Of a stretch of 32,814 nucleotides of DNA, positions 1 to 8,811 are shown piece after piece (position 1 is the first letter of the stretch; every line of letters begins with the position of its first letter). The notes beneath the pieces were generated by a model, which did not search any database, had not been told where the DNA came from, and worked only from the letters and a program-made list of their open reading frames with translations. Location of the stretch: contig CAKZOX010000153.1 in NCBI GenBank assembly GCA_937138295.1, positions 1-32,814 of the forward strand, in the 5' to 3' direction. The position numbers and the translations under genes are program-made. This DNA is from an uncultured Campylobacteraceae bacterium. GTDB taxonomy: Bacteria > Campylobacterota > Campylobacteria > Campylobacterales > Arcobacteraceae.

Positions 1-291
1 GATGCATGGCTAGGTGGTCATGAAGCTATCAAAAAAAGAGTTATGCAACCATTAACTGTTTCTAAACAAGAAACTTCTGTAAATGTAGTAGTAAAAACTT
101 TAGGTGGTGGTTACTCTGCACAAGCTGATGCAGCTAGACATGGTATTTCTAGAGCATTAGTTGCTTATGATGAGCAATTCAGAACTATCTTAAAACCATT
201 CGGTTTATTAACAAGAGATGCAAGATCTGTTGAAAGAAAAAAATACGGAAAGAAAAAAGCAAGAAAATCTACTCAATTCTCAAAAAGATAA
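1..291 (+). CDS. rpsI: 30S ribosomal protein S9, 3' portion. The CDS starts upstream of the window; frame 1 is open from base 1.
   Basis: From base 1 the translation reads [20 protein letters not shown]...[62 protein letters not shown]. This matches the S9 C-terminal signature (GGGxxGQAxAxRHGI[ST]RAL...TRDxRxVERKKxGxxKAR..QFSKR), ending at TAA 289-291. Confidence 0.9.
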   Translation, partial: DAWLGGHEAIKKRVMQPLTVSKQETSVNVVVKTLGGGYSAQADAARHGISRALVAYDEQFRTILKPFGLLTRDARSVERKKYGKKKARKSTQFSKR

Positions 292-324
292 TTGGTCAGT
301 TTTTTACAAACTTTCTTTTACAAA

Positions 325-354
325 GGAAAAGAGTTTTTCTCTTTTCCTTTTTTT
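325..354 (+). terminator. Rho-independent terminator after rpsI.
   Basis: GGAAAAGAG (325-333) pairs with CTCTTTTCC (339-347) around a 5-nt loop and is followed by T7 (348-354). Confidence 0.7.
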
Positions 355-390
355 ATGCCTAAAAAGTTTTAATAAGATATAATTCTAACT

Positions 391-1905
391 ATGAAAAAAA
401 TTAGTATTTTATTTTTATTAACAATAATATTCTCAATTCAAACAATTGCTTCAACTTTAAATCTATCTATTAGCTCAAGTCCTAGTAGATTAAATCCTAT
501 CTTAGCAAATGATAGTGCAAGTAGTGAGATAGCTAATTGGCTATTTAATGGTTTATTTAAATATGACAAAGATGGAAATGTAACTACAGATTTAGCATCA
601 TCTTATGAATTTAAATCAGACACTCATCTTATTATAAAATTAAAACAAAATGTTTTATGGCATGATAAATCTGAAGTAACTTCAAAAGATGTACTATTTA
701 CTTATGAAAAAATATTAGACCCCAAAGTATTTAACTCAATCAAATCAAATTTTAAATTAGTTAAATCTGTAAAGATTATTGATAAATATACAATTGAAGT
801 AATTTATAAAGAACCTTACTTTAAAGCTTTAGAAATTTGGATGGTTGGTTTACTTCCTGAACATATATTAAAAAATGAAGAAAACCTTATGACAAGTTCA
901 TTTAATAAAAAGCCAATTGGAACAGGTTCATACAAAATAGATAGCTTTGAAGTAGGAAAAGATATTGAGCTTTTTGCAAATGAAGATTATTTTGAGGGTA
1001 AACCAAATATAGACAAGATTTTATATAAATTTTTACCTGACCCAAATACTTCATTTTTATTTTTAAAGCAAGAAAAACTTGATATTGGAGGTTTAACTCC
1101 AATTCAAATAGATAGACAAATTAAAAGTGAATTTAAAGATAAATATCAAATAATTGAAAAGCCAAGTTTTTCTTACACTTATATGGGTTTTAATTTAAAA
1201 AATGAGAAATTTAAAGATATTAGAGTTAGACAAGCTTTATCTTATGCTATTAATAGAAAAGAGTTAGTTGATATTTTATTCTTTGGACATGGAGAGGTTT
1301 GTAATGGACCATTTTTACCAAGAACTTATGCCTTTGATGAAACAGTAAAGACCCCAAAACAAGATATTAATAAAGCTAAAGAGTTATTATCTCAAGCAGG
1401 TTTTAATGACTCAAATCCATTTTCATTTGAAGTTATTACAAACACAGGAAATGATACAAGAATAAATGCCGCTCAAATTCTTCAATATCAACTTGCAAAA
1501 GCTGGAATTGATATGAAAATAAGAGTTATGGAATGGCAAGCATTTTTAAACACAGTTGTTCATCCTAGAAACTTTGAAGCTGTTATTTTAGGATGGGGAT
1601 TAGGATTAACTCCTGATGCATATTCTATTTGGCATAGTTCTAATTCAAAACTTGGAGGCTTTAACTTCGTTTCATATAAAAATGAAAAAGTAGACAAGCT
1701 TATAGAAGAAGGTGCAACTACAATTGATAAGAAGAAACTAGCAAGTATTTATAAAGAATTATATAGAACTATAAGTTCAGATTTACCATATCTTTTTTTA
1801 TATATACCTAACTCAATATCAACTGTTCATAAAAAAATAAAAAATGTAGAACCTGCATTTACAGGATTTATGCACAATCAAAAAGATTGGGTAATAGAAG
1901 ATTAA
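391..1905 (+). CDS. ABC transporter substrate-binding protein, family 5 (oligopeptide/nickel/opine type), secreted.
   Basis: 504 aa. N-terminal signal peptide MKKISILFLLTIIFSIQTIAS. The length and motifs are typical of SBP_bac_5 (..NPILANDSASSEI..LFNGLFKYD..., GTGSYKI, ..LPYLFLY..). No permease or ATPase genes are adjacent. Confidence 0.75.
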   Translation: MKKISILFLLTIIFSIQTIASTLNLSISSSPSRLNPILANDSASSEIANWLFNGLFKYDKDGNVTTDLASSYEFKSDTHLIIKLKQNVLWHDKSEVTSKDVLFTYEKILDPKVFNSIKSNFKLVKSVKIIDKYTIEVIYKEPYFKALEIWMVGLLPEHILKNEENLMTSSFNKKPIGTGSYKIDSFEVGKDIELFANEDYFEGKPNIDKILYKFLPDPNTSFLFLKQEKLDIGGLTPIQIDRQIKSEFKDKYQIIEKPSFSYTYMGFNLKNEKFKDIRVRQALSYAINRKELVDILFFGHGEVCNGPFLPRTYAFDETVKTPKQDINKAKELLSQAGFNDSNPFSFEVITNTGNDTRINAAQILQYQLAKAGIDMKIRVMEWQAFLNTVVHPRNFEAVILGWGLGLTPDAYSIWHSSNSKLGGFNFVSYKNEKVDKLIEEGATTIDKKKLASIYKELYRTISSDLPYLFLYIPNSISTVHKKIKNVEPAFTGFMHNQKDWVIED

Positions 1906-1919
1906 TACATAGGGAAAAA

Positions 1920-2585
1920 ATGAAAGAAAATACAATTATACTATTTGATTTAGATGGAACACTTATAGACTCAACAGATGCAATAGTTTCAACTTTTTAT
2001 CACTCATTTAAAGTTATGAATTATGATTTTAAAGGAAATGATGAAGATATTAAAAATCTTATTGGTTATCCTTTAAATGTCATGTACAAAGAATTAGGAA
2101 TTGAAGAATCAAAAACTTGGGATTTTGTAGATGCTTATAAAAATAGATACAAAATAATTTCAACACAAAAAACTAAATTACTTGAAAATGCTATTGAAGC
2201 CGTAAAATTAGCTTCAAGTATCGCTAGAGTCTCGATTGTTACAACAAAAACTAGAAAATACACTATTCCATTATTGGAGCATCTTAAATTAATGGAACAC
2301 TTTGAAATAGTTACAGGATATGAATGTGTTGAAAACCATAAACCACATCCTGAACCTATTTTAAAAACTTTAAATGATATGAGCATTGATAATATTCACG
2401 AAAATATTTGGATGATTGGTGATACTAAACTTGATTTAATTGCTGCAAAAAATGCAAATGTAAAATCTATTGGTGTTTTATGTGGATATGGTAGTGAAAA
2501 AGAGCTATTTGAACACACAGATATTGTAAAAAAAGATGCTTTAGATGCAATTTTACATATCAAAAATAGCCATTCATTAACTTAA
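1920..2585 (+). CDS. HAD-superfamily hydrolase (phosphoglycolate phosphatase-like).
   Basis: HAD motif I ILFDLDGTLIDS sits directly after MKEN. AGGGA lies 6-10 nt upstream of the ATG at 1920. The track ORF start at 1887 would overlap the upstream gene and lacks an RBS. Motif IV-like GDTKLD is also present. Confidence 0.75.
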   Translation: MKENTIILFDLDGTLIDSTDAIVSTFYHSFKVMNYDFKGNDEDIKNLIGYPLNVMYKELGIEESKTWDFVDAYKNRYKIISTQKTKLLENAIEAVKLASSIARVSIVTTKTRKYTIPLLEHLKLMEHFEIVTGYECVENHKPHPEPILKTLNDMSIDNIHENIWMIGDTKLDLIAAKNANVKSIGVLCGYGSEKELFEHTDIVKKDALDAILHIKNSHSLT

Positions 2586-2682
2586 TATTAACTTATAAAT
2601 AAATATTAGTTTCATTTCTATACATTTACTAAAGTTTTTATAAATTTTATACTAGATGTATATTTATTAACTCATAATTTTA

Positions 2683-2706
2683 AAAATCCCTATTTTTAGG
2701 GATTTT
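2683..2706. terminator. Symmetric hairpin terminator downstream of the HAD gene.
   Basis: AAAATCCCTA (2683-2692), loop TTTT, TAGGGATTTT (2697-2706). This is a perfect 10-bp inverted repeat with a U-tract built into the 3' arm. Confidence 0.6.
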
Positions 2707-2875
2707 AAAAAACAAAGAACTTCAATATATAGTCAAAATAACTATTTTTTTAACCTACTCTTCATCATATTAACACTAATATTAACATAGATAAAGTTTT
2801 AGTTAAGCTAAAGATTAATATAATTACAAAGACTAATTAAAATTTTTAAGTCAATTTTAATATTAAGGAGCCTCT

Positions 2876-3439
2876 ATGTTAGAAATTAGATGGCATAGCC
2901 GAGCAGGTCAAGGTGCAGTTACTGGTGCAAAAGGACTTGGTTCGATTGTTGCTGAATCAGGAAAAGAAGTTCAAGCTTTCGCGTTTTACGGTTCAGCTAA
3001 AAGAGGTGCATCAATGACAGCATATAATAGAATTGATGAAAAACCAATTTTAAACCATGAAAAATACATGCAACCAGATTACGTATTTATTCTTGATCCA
3101 GGTTTAGCATTTACAGATGATATTACAGCTAATGGTAAAGATACAACTAAATATATTATTACTACACACCTTAGCAAAGAAGAGTTGATTGATTTAGTTC
3201 CTGATTTACAAGGTATTGAAGATAGAGTATATACATTAGATTGTTTACAAATTGCTAGAGATACAATTGGTAAAGCAATACCTAATACTCCAATGCTTGG
3301 AGCATTTATGAAAGTAAGTGGTATGTTTGGAATTGATGATTTTAAAGAAAAAATGAAACATGTATTGAAAAAACTTCCAGCTAATGTTATTGATGCCAAT
3401 ATGGTAGCAATTCAAAGAGCTTATGACGAAGTTAGTTAA
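2876..3439 (+). CDS. porC: Pyruvate:ferredoxin oxidoreductase, gamma subunit.
   Basis: The N-terminus MLEIRWHSRAGQGAVTGAKGLG is the hallmark of the POR/KOR gamma family. It is the first gene of a four-gene co-directional block with tight junctions, and the RBS AAGGAG precedes the start. Confidence 0.85.
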   Translation: MLEIRWHSRAGQGAVTGAKGLGSIVAESGKEVQAFAFYGSAKRGASMTAYNRIDEKPILNHEKYMQPDYVFILDPGLAFTDDITANGKDTTKYIITTHLSKEELIDLVPDLQGIEDRVYTLDCLQIARDTIGKAIPNTPMLGAFMKVSGMFGIDDFKEKMKHVLKKLPANVIDANMVAIQRAYDEVS

Positions 3440-3447
3440 AGGAAAAC

Positions 3448-3864
3448 ATGATGAGTAAACCAATAAGTGAAATGGGTTGGGATGAATTAGTCCCAGGTGC
3501 TGCTTTACATACTTTTGATGGAACTGTAGAAACTAATTTATCAAATATTCAACCAGAGGAAAGAAAGTACTCTGAAACTAGTTCTAAAAGTATGAGCGTA
3601 GGTGACTGGAGAGTTATTAAACCAGTTTGGAATAGTGAAACATGTATTGACTGTCAAAACTGTTGGGTTTTCTGTCCGGATACATCAATTATCGCTAGAA
3701 ACAAAGAGATGAGAGGTGTTGATTATGAACACTGTAAAGGTTGTGGATTATGTGTAAGTGTATGTCCTACAAATCCAAAATCTCTTTTAATGTTCAACGA
3801 ATATGTAACTGTTGAAGATGCCTTATCACAATGGCCTGAAAAAAAGAAAAAAGGTGAATTATAA
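3448..3864 (+). CDS. porD: Pyruvate:ferredoxin oxidoreductase, delta subunit (2x[4Fe-4S] ferredoxin).
   Basis: Two CxxCxxCxxxCP motifs: CIDCQNCWVFCPD and CKGCGLCVSVCP. Confidence 0.85.
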   Translation: MMSKPISEMGWDELVPGAALHTFDGTVETNLSNIQPEERKYSETSSKSMSVGDWRVIKPVWNSETCIDCQNCWVFCPDTSIIARNKEMRGVDYEHCKGCGLCVSVCPTNPKSLLMFNEYVTVEDALSQWPEKKKKGEL

Positions 3865-5102
3865 TGAATAGCAGAAAAATGGAATTAAACAAAGTAGAGG
3901 TTTGGGATGGAAACATGGCAAACTCTCAAGCTTTTAGACAAGCTGATGTTGATGTAGTTGCTGCTTATCCTATTACACCTTCAACTGCAACAGTTGAAAA
4001 CTATGCAATGTTCCATGCAAATGGATATATTGATGGTGAAGTTATTATGACAGAATCAGAACATGCTGCTATGTCTGGATGTATTGGAGCTGGAGCTGCT
4101 GGTGGTAGAGTTGCAACAGCTACATCTTCTCAAGGTTTAGCTTTAATGATTGAAACATTATATCAAGCATCTGGTATGAGAATTCCTGTAGTATTATGTT
4201 TAGTTAATAGAGCTTTAGCAGCTCCATTAAATGTAAATGGTGACCACTCAGATTTATACTTAACAAGAGATGCTGGATGGGTTTCAATCGATGCATTTAG
4301 TCCACAACAAGCATATGATATGACTTTAATGTCATTTAGAATTTCTGAACATTTAGATGTAAGATTACCTGTAATTTCAAATCAAGATGGATTTATGACA
4401 TCTCACACAGCTCAAAATGTTCATCCATTAGATGATGATACAGCTTCAAAATTTGTTGGTGAGTACAAACAAGTAAATGCTTTATTAAATTTTGAAAAAC
4501 CTGTAACTCACGGTGTACAAACTGAACAAGATTGGCACTTTGAACACAAAGCAAAACAACATGCTGCTTTAATGGGTGCTAAAAAAGTTGTTAAAGAAAT
4601 TTTTGCTGAATTTAAAGAATTAACAGGAAGAGAATATAAAGTAGTTGAAAGCTATGGAATGGAAGATGCTGAAGTTGCAATTGTATGTTTAGGTTCGACA
4701 TATGAAACTGCAATAGTTGCAATTGATGAAATTAAAAAAGAAGAAGGTATTAATGTTGGTGTTGTTGCTCCAAGATTATTTAGACCTTTCCCACTTGAAG
4801 AAGTAGCAGCTGAATTACAAACTGTAAAAGCTATTGCTTGTATGGATAGATCAGCTCCTGGTGGAACTGTAGGTACATTATACAACGAAATTTCAGGTGC
4901 ATTAATTAATACTCCAGCAAGACCATTAGTTACAAACTTAATCTATGGATTAGGTGGTAGAGATATGACTGTTGCAGGATTAAAAGATATCTTTAGACAA
5001 TTAGATAAAGATGCAAAAGCAGGAAAAATTTCAGGTAATATCCAAAAATTAGTTGGTGTTAGAGGACCTGAATTAAGCTTCTACAACGTACAAGGATTAT
5101 AA
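3864..5102 (+). CDS. porA: Pyruvate:ferredoxin oxidoreductase, alpha subunit.
   Basis: 412 aa. The ATG overlaps the porD TAA (TAATG). Conserved POR-alpha blocks are present (AAYPITPST, GAAGGRVATATSSQGL). Confidence 0.85.
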   Translation: MNSRKMELNKVEVWDGNMANSQAFRQADVDVVAAYPITPSTATVENYAMFHANGYIDGEVIMTESEHAAMSGCIGAGAAGGRVATATSSQGLALMIETLYQASGMRIPVVLCLVNRALAAPLNVNGDHSDLYLTRDAGWVSIDAFSPQQAYDMTLMSFRISEHLDVRLPVISNQDGFMTSHTAQNVHPLDDDTASKFVGEYKQVNALLNFEKPVTHGVQTEQDWHFEHKAKQHAALMGAKKVVKEIFAEFKELTGREYKVVESYGMEDAEVAIVCLGSTYETAIVAIDEIKKEEGINVGVVAPRLFRPFPLEEVAAELQTVKAIACMDRSAPGGTVGTLYNEISGALINTPARPLVTNLIYGLGGRDMTVAGLKDIFRQLDKDAKAGKISGNIQKLVGVRGPELSFYNVQGL

Positions 5103-5103
5103 G

Positions 5104-6072
5104 ATGAGTACATTACAAAACACACAAAAAGAGATTAAAAACTTAAAATCTTTCTCAACTGCTGCTGAAAGATTTGAAGGTTCTCACCTTTTATGTCCTG
5201 GTTGTGCACACTCAATTATTGTAAGGGAAGTATTAAATGCTACAAATGACAACTTAGTTGTTGCAGCATCAACAGGATGTTTAGAAGTTTGTACTGCTAT
5301 TTATCCTCATACTTCATGGGATTGTTCTTGGATTCATATTGGATTTGAGAACTCTTCAACTGCAATTGCAGGTGCTGAAACTATGCATAAAGTATTAAAA
5401 AGAAAAGGTAGAATGAATTCAGACGAGCCAGATCCAAAATTTGTGGCATTTGGTGGAGATGGTTCTACTTATGATATCGGTTTCCAATGGATTTCTGGAT
5501 GTTTTGAAAGAGGTCACAACATGATGTATGTTTGTTTAGACAATGAAGTTTATGCAAACACAGGTGGTCAAAGAAGTTCATCTACTCCAATTGGTTCAAG
5601 TACAACAACAGCTCCAGCTGGATCTCACTCTTATGGTGAGAAAAGACAGAAAAAAGACATCGTTTCTATTATGGCAGCACATGGTTCTCCTTATGTAGCT
5701 CAAGTTGCTCCAAATAAATGGAAAGATATGGTTAAAAAAATCCAAAGAGGTTTTGCAACTGAAGGTCCTGTATTTATTAATGCAATGTCAGCTTGTACAA
5801 CTGAATGGAAATTCGCACCAAATCAAACTATTGAAGTTTCTGATTTAGCTGTTGATTCATTAGTATTCCCTCTATATGAAATTATTGATGGTAAAGAATT
5901 AAATATTACATATAGACCAAAAAATGTAGTTCCTGTAAGAGATTACTTAGGCGCTCAACCAAGATTTAAACACTTATTTAAACCTGAGAATGAATACCTA
6001 ATTGATGAATGGCAAAAAAGAATTGATGCTAGATGGGAATTCTTACAAAAAAGAGAAGAGATTAGACTTTAA
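5104..6072 (+). CDS. porB: Pyruvate:ferredoxin oxidoreductase, beta subunit (TPP-binding).
   Basis: LCPGCAHS is the Fe-S proximal motif and GGDGSTYDIG is the TPP-binding GDG motif. It starts 1 nt after the porA stop. Confidence 0.85.
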   Translation: MSTLQNTQKEIKNLKSFSTAAERFEGSHLLCPGCAHSIIVREVLNATNDNLVVAASTGCLEVCTAIYPHTSWDCSWIHIGFENSSTAIAGAETMHKVLKRKGRMNSDEPDPKFVAFGGDGSTYDIGFQWISGCFERGHNMMYVCLDNEVYANTGGQRSSSTPIGSSTTTAPAGSHSYGEKRQKKDIVSIMAAHGSPYVAQVAPNKWKDMVKKIQRGFATEGPVFINAMSACTTEWKFAPNQTIEVSDLAVDSLVFPLYEIIDGKELNITYRPKNVVPVRDYLGAQPRFKHLFKPENEYLIDEWQKRIDARWEFLQKREEIRL

Positions 6073-6098
6073 TCTTTTAGCTTCTTAAATTATTTTGC

Positions 6099-6134
6099 GT
6101 GCCTAAGGTTTCCTCCTTTATTCCCCTTAGGCAC
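6099..6134 (+). other. GC-rich 10-bp stem with a 16-nt polypyrimidine loop 3' of porB. It is not a canonical terminator because no U-tract follows.
   Basis: GTGCCTAAGG (6099-6108) pairs with CCTTAGGCAC (6125-6134). The loop is TTTCCTCCTTTATTCC. Confidence 0.4.
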
Positions 6135-6176
6135 AAAGCAATAGTATAACTATAATTAAGTATATCAATATCAATT

Positions 6177-6216
6177 AAAAGGCTTAGAAGAACATTCAAG
6201 CCTTTTAATATTTTTT
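6177..6216 (+). terminator. Probable rho-independent terminator of the por operon.
   Basis: AAAAGGCTT (6177-6185) pairs with AAGCCTTTT (6198-6206) around a 12-nt loop, followed by AATATTTTTT. Confidence 0.5.
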
Positions 6217-6263
6217 AAAACCTCTTATTCTATAATTCGAACAAATTAAATCTAGGCTACATA

Positions 6264-7310
6264 TTGAAAATCGACTTCTTAAATATTTTAAAAATGTTTT
6301 ACGCTCTATTTATTGGAGTAGTAGGTAGTTTATTTTTTATATATTTAAATTTGCCCTTGCCTTGGCTTTTAGGTTCTATTTTTGCAGTTTCATTGGCTAT
6401 TAGATTTGAAAATCTTAAAATATCATCACCAAAACCTTTTTCAACTCCAGCTAGAATCTTAATTGGAATTACTATAGGTAGTGCATTTACTCCTGAGATT
6501 TTAGAATTTATTGATATTTATTTATATAGTTTATTACTTGTAATTCCTTACACTTTAATAACTATAATTGCTGGAATGTATTACTACCATAGATATATTG
6601 GTTTTGATAAAAAAACAGCATATTTAAGCTCCATGCCTGGGGGTGTTGTAGAAATGGTGATAATTGGGGAAGAAATAAAAGCTAATATTTCTAAGATTAC
6701 TTTAGTTCAATCTTCAAGACTATTTTTTATAGTTATTACCCTTCCCTTTGTTATTCAATATATCTTTAAAGTTGATATTGCTGGAAATAAACTTATTACA
6801 ACCCCAATTGTAGATATCGATATTATTGGGTTTTTATATTTATTTGTAGCTGGTTTAATTGGTGGTATCATCGCAAAAAAGATTAAACTATCTGCTGCAT
6901 ATTTAATAGGCCCAATGCTTGTAAGTATAGCTTTACATTCAACAGGATTAAGTCACGCAATAGTTCCTGATGAGTTTTTAAAATTTGTTCAAGTTGTATT
7001 TGGAACAATAATAGGTTTTACATTTAAAGGTGTTAAAATTTCTGAAGTTTTAAAGATACTTTTTAGTACCTTTGGTCACTTTATTATCTTAGCAATCATT
7101 TCTATTGTATTTATTTATATTGCCTATTCATTATTTGAATTTCCAATTATTTCTACTTTACTTGCCTTTAGTCCTGGTGGACAAGCTGAAATAAACTTAA
7201 TAGCTATTCTAGTAGCTGCAAATGTTCCATATATAACTTTACATCATATAGTTAGGCTTTTTATTGTTATGAATTTAGCCCCTATTTTTGCTAAAAAAAT
7301 CAAAGATTAA
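6264..7310 (+). CDS. AbrB-family (AbrB duplication, 'putative ammonia monooxygenase'-type) inner-membrane protein.
   Basis: 348 aa and polytopic. The N-terminal LNLPLPWLLGSIFAVSLAI block is typical of the AbrB/YbgN-like membrane family, and the two halves repeat internally. Confidence 0.55.
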   Translation: MKIDFLNILKMFYALFIGVVGSLFFIYLNLPLPWLLGSIFAVSLAIRFENLKISSPKPFSTPARILIGITIGSAFTPEILEFIDIYLYSLLLVIPYTLITIIAGMYYYHRYIGFDKKTAYLSSMPGGVVEMVIIGEEIKANISKITLVQSSRLFFIVITLPFVIQYIFKVDIAGNKLITTPIVDIDIIGFLYLFVAGLIGGIIAKKIKLSAAYLIGPMLVSIALHSTGLSHAIVPDEFLKFVQVVFGTIIGFTFKGVKISEVLKILFSTFGHFIILAIISIVFIYIAYSLFEFPIISTLLAFSPGGQAEINLIAILVAANVPYITLHHIVRLFIVMNLAPIFAKKIKD

Positions 7311-7399
7311 TATAATATATACAATAGTATATTTTATAAACAACGTATAAAATACTTAAGTTTTTTTATTTGCTACAATAAAATAAAAAGGCTTAATAA

Positions 7400-7789
7400 A
7401 TGGGTTTATTTGATGTAAGTATCAAAGACAAACTAAAAAAAGATATTGTAAATAAAGACTTTATTGAATTTATGAAAAAAAATATTCAAAAAGATAGAGA
7501 TTATGAAACACTTGAAGATAATCATTCTATTGAACTAAAAAAGTCTCACTTAGATACTCTTCTAAAATACAATACAAAAATAGAAATTGATTCATCTAAA
7601 AAAGAAAAAGAAGTAAATGTTGAAGCAGAACTTGCAGATACTTTAATACTAACTGTTGTAATTCTTCTTGGAATATTACTTACTTATGGTATTGGAGTCA
7701 TTATTGTTGTAGCCTTTGCATACTTACAAAAGAAAAAAGCAAATGCTTATATTGAAACTCTAATCAAAAATTATAGAACTATCACTTAA
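7400..7789 (+). CDS. Hypothetical protein with a single C-terminal TM helix.
   Basis: 129 aa. The N-terminal part is charged and Lys-rich; the TM segment is LILTVVILLGILLTYGIGVIIVVAFAYL. No recognisable motif. Confidence 0.35.
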   Translation: MGLFDVSIKDKLKKDIVNKDFIEFMKKNIQKDRDYETLEDNHSIELKKSHLDTLLKYNTKIEIDSSKKEKEVNVEAELADTLILTVVILLGILLTYGIGVIIVVAFAYLQKKKANAYIETLIKNYRTIT

Positions 7790-7843
7790 GTTTAGTTATA
7801 ATCTTTTAAAATTTATATATTTTATATTTCAAAAGGATTTTAA

Positions 7844-8359
7844 ATGCCATTATTAGATAGTTTTAGAGTAGATCATACAATTATGCCAGCACCTGCTGTA
7901 CGTGTTGCCAAAACAATGAAGTCACCATCAGGGGATGTAATTACTGTTTTTGATTTAAGATTTTGTGTACCAAATGAAAAAATGCTTGGTGAAAAGGGTA
8001 TTCATACATTAGAACACCTTTTTGCAGGATTTATTAGAAATCATTTAAACTCAGATACAGTTGAGATTATTGATGTTTCACCTATGGGTTGTAGAACTGG
8101 TTTTTATATGAGTTTACTTGGAAGTCCTAGTGAAGAGCAAGTTGGTAAGGCTTGGAGAGCATCTATGGAAGATGTTTTAAATGTTGAAAAACAAGAAGAT
8201 ATTCCTGAATTAAATATTTTTCAATGTGGAACTTGTGCTATGCATTCACTTGATGAAGCAAAACAAATTGCTCAAGATATTTTAGATAGTGATATTGGTG
8301 TAATGTCAAATAAAGAATTATACTTAAGTGAAGAAAAACTAGCATCATTAGGTAACTAA
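7844..8359 (+). CDS. luxS: S-ribosylhomocysteine lyase (autoinducer-2 synthase).
   Basis: 171 aa. The sequence [23 protein letters not shown]...[12 protein letters not shown]...GC..G shows the LuxS fold signature with the HTLEH metal site. RBS AAAGGA is present. Confidence 0.9.
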   Translation: MPLLDSFRVDHTIMPAPAVRVAKTMKSPSGDVITVFDLRFCVPNEKMLGEKGIHTLEHLFAGFIRNHLNSDTVEIIDVSPMGCRTGFYMSLLGSPSEEQVGKAWRASMEDVLNVEKQEDIPELNIFQCGTCAMHSLDEAKQIAQDILDSDIGVMSNKELYLSEEKLASLGN

Positions 8360-8806
8360 TTGTTAGAAAAACAACTAGATCTTTTTAAAGAATTATTTGC
8401 TGATTATCCAAATATTGCGATACTTCATGTGAATAATTCTTTAGATATTATTACCTCTACCTTAGAAGAAATCAAAAATAAAAATGAAGGAAATATTAAA
8501 TATATTCCTTTTATTGATGAAAAATCAGCAAGACTAAGACCAACTGCAAGAGAATATGAGTATGTAGTTTTAGGTGATATTTTATCATACTGCCCAAATA
8601 AAGATAAGATTTTAAAGCTTATGTATAAAGCCATTGAAAATTCTGGAAACATTATAATTTTAGAAAAGAAATCAAATGATAATTTATATGAACTATTAGA
8701 ATTAATAGAAAATATAGGCTTTCAAGCTGTAAATAATATTGACTTATTTGATGAATTTAATCTTATCACTGCAAAAAAAATGCACCATTGGGATAATGGA
8801 TTATAG
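8360..8806 (+). CDS. Hypothetical protein. It is a degenerate class-I methyltransferase-like fragment with a TTG start abutting the luxS stop.
   Basis: 148 aa. The C-terminal half (VVLGDILSYCPNKDKILKLMYKAIENSGNIIIL) resembles MTase motifs II/III. The Gly-rich motif I is not recognisable (ILHVNNSL). Confidence 0.35.
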   Translation: MLEKQLDLFKELFADYPNIAILHVNNSLDIITSTLEEIKNKNEGNIKYIPFIDEKSARLRPTAREYEYVVLGDILSYCPNKDKILKLMYKAIENSGNIIILEKKSNDNLYELLELIENIGFQAVNNIDLFDEFNLITAKKMHHWDNGL

Positions 8807-8811
8807 AAAAT

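Noticed and set aside
902-1102. Short antisense or overlapping ORFs in the six-frame track: 902-1102(-), 2135-2386(-), 3079-3399(-), 3245-3463(-), 4652-4885(-), 8425-8652(-), 12559-12834(+), 17802-17999(+), 22970-23359(-), 24732-24914(+), 25709-25951(+), 27470-27652(-), 28521-28817(-), 29437-29700(-), 31625-31840(+).
   Set aside because: All lie wholly inside well-supported longer genes on the opposite strand or frame. They have low-complexity or hydrophobic translations typical of AT-rich antisense frames, and no RBS or motif support.
1887-1919. N-terminal extension of the HAD ORF (MGNRRLIHREK) overlapping the SBP gene.
   Set aside because: It has no RBS and would overlap the upstream CDS by 19 nt. 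A strong AGGGA RBS precedes the internal ATG at 1920, right before the DxDGT motif.
6150-6216. Possible tiny sRNA (TATAAT at ~6155 to the terminator at 6216).
   Set aside because: It is too speculative. A -10-like hexamer is expected by chance in 80% A/T DNA, and the terminator is adequately explained as the por operon terminator.
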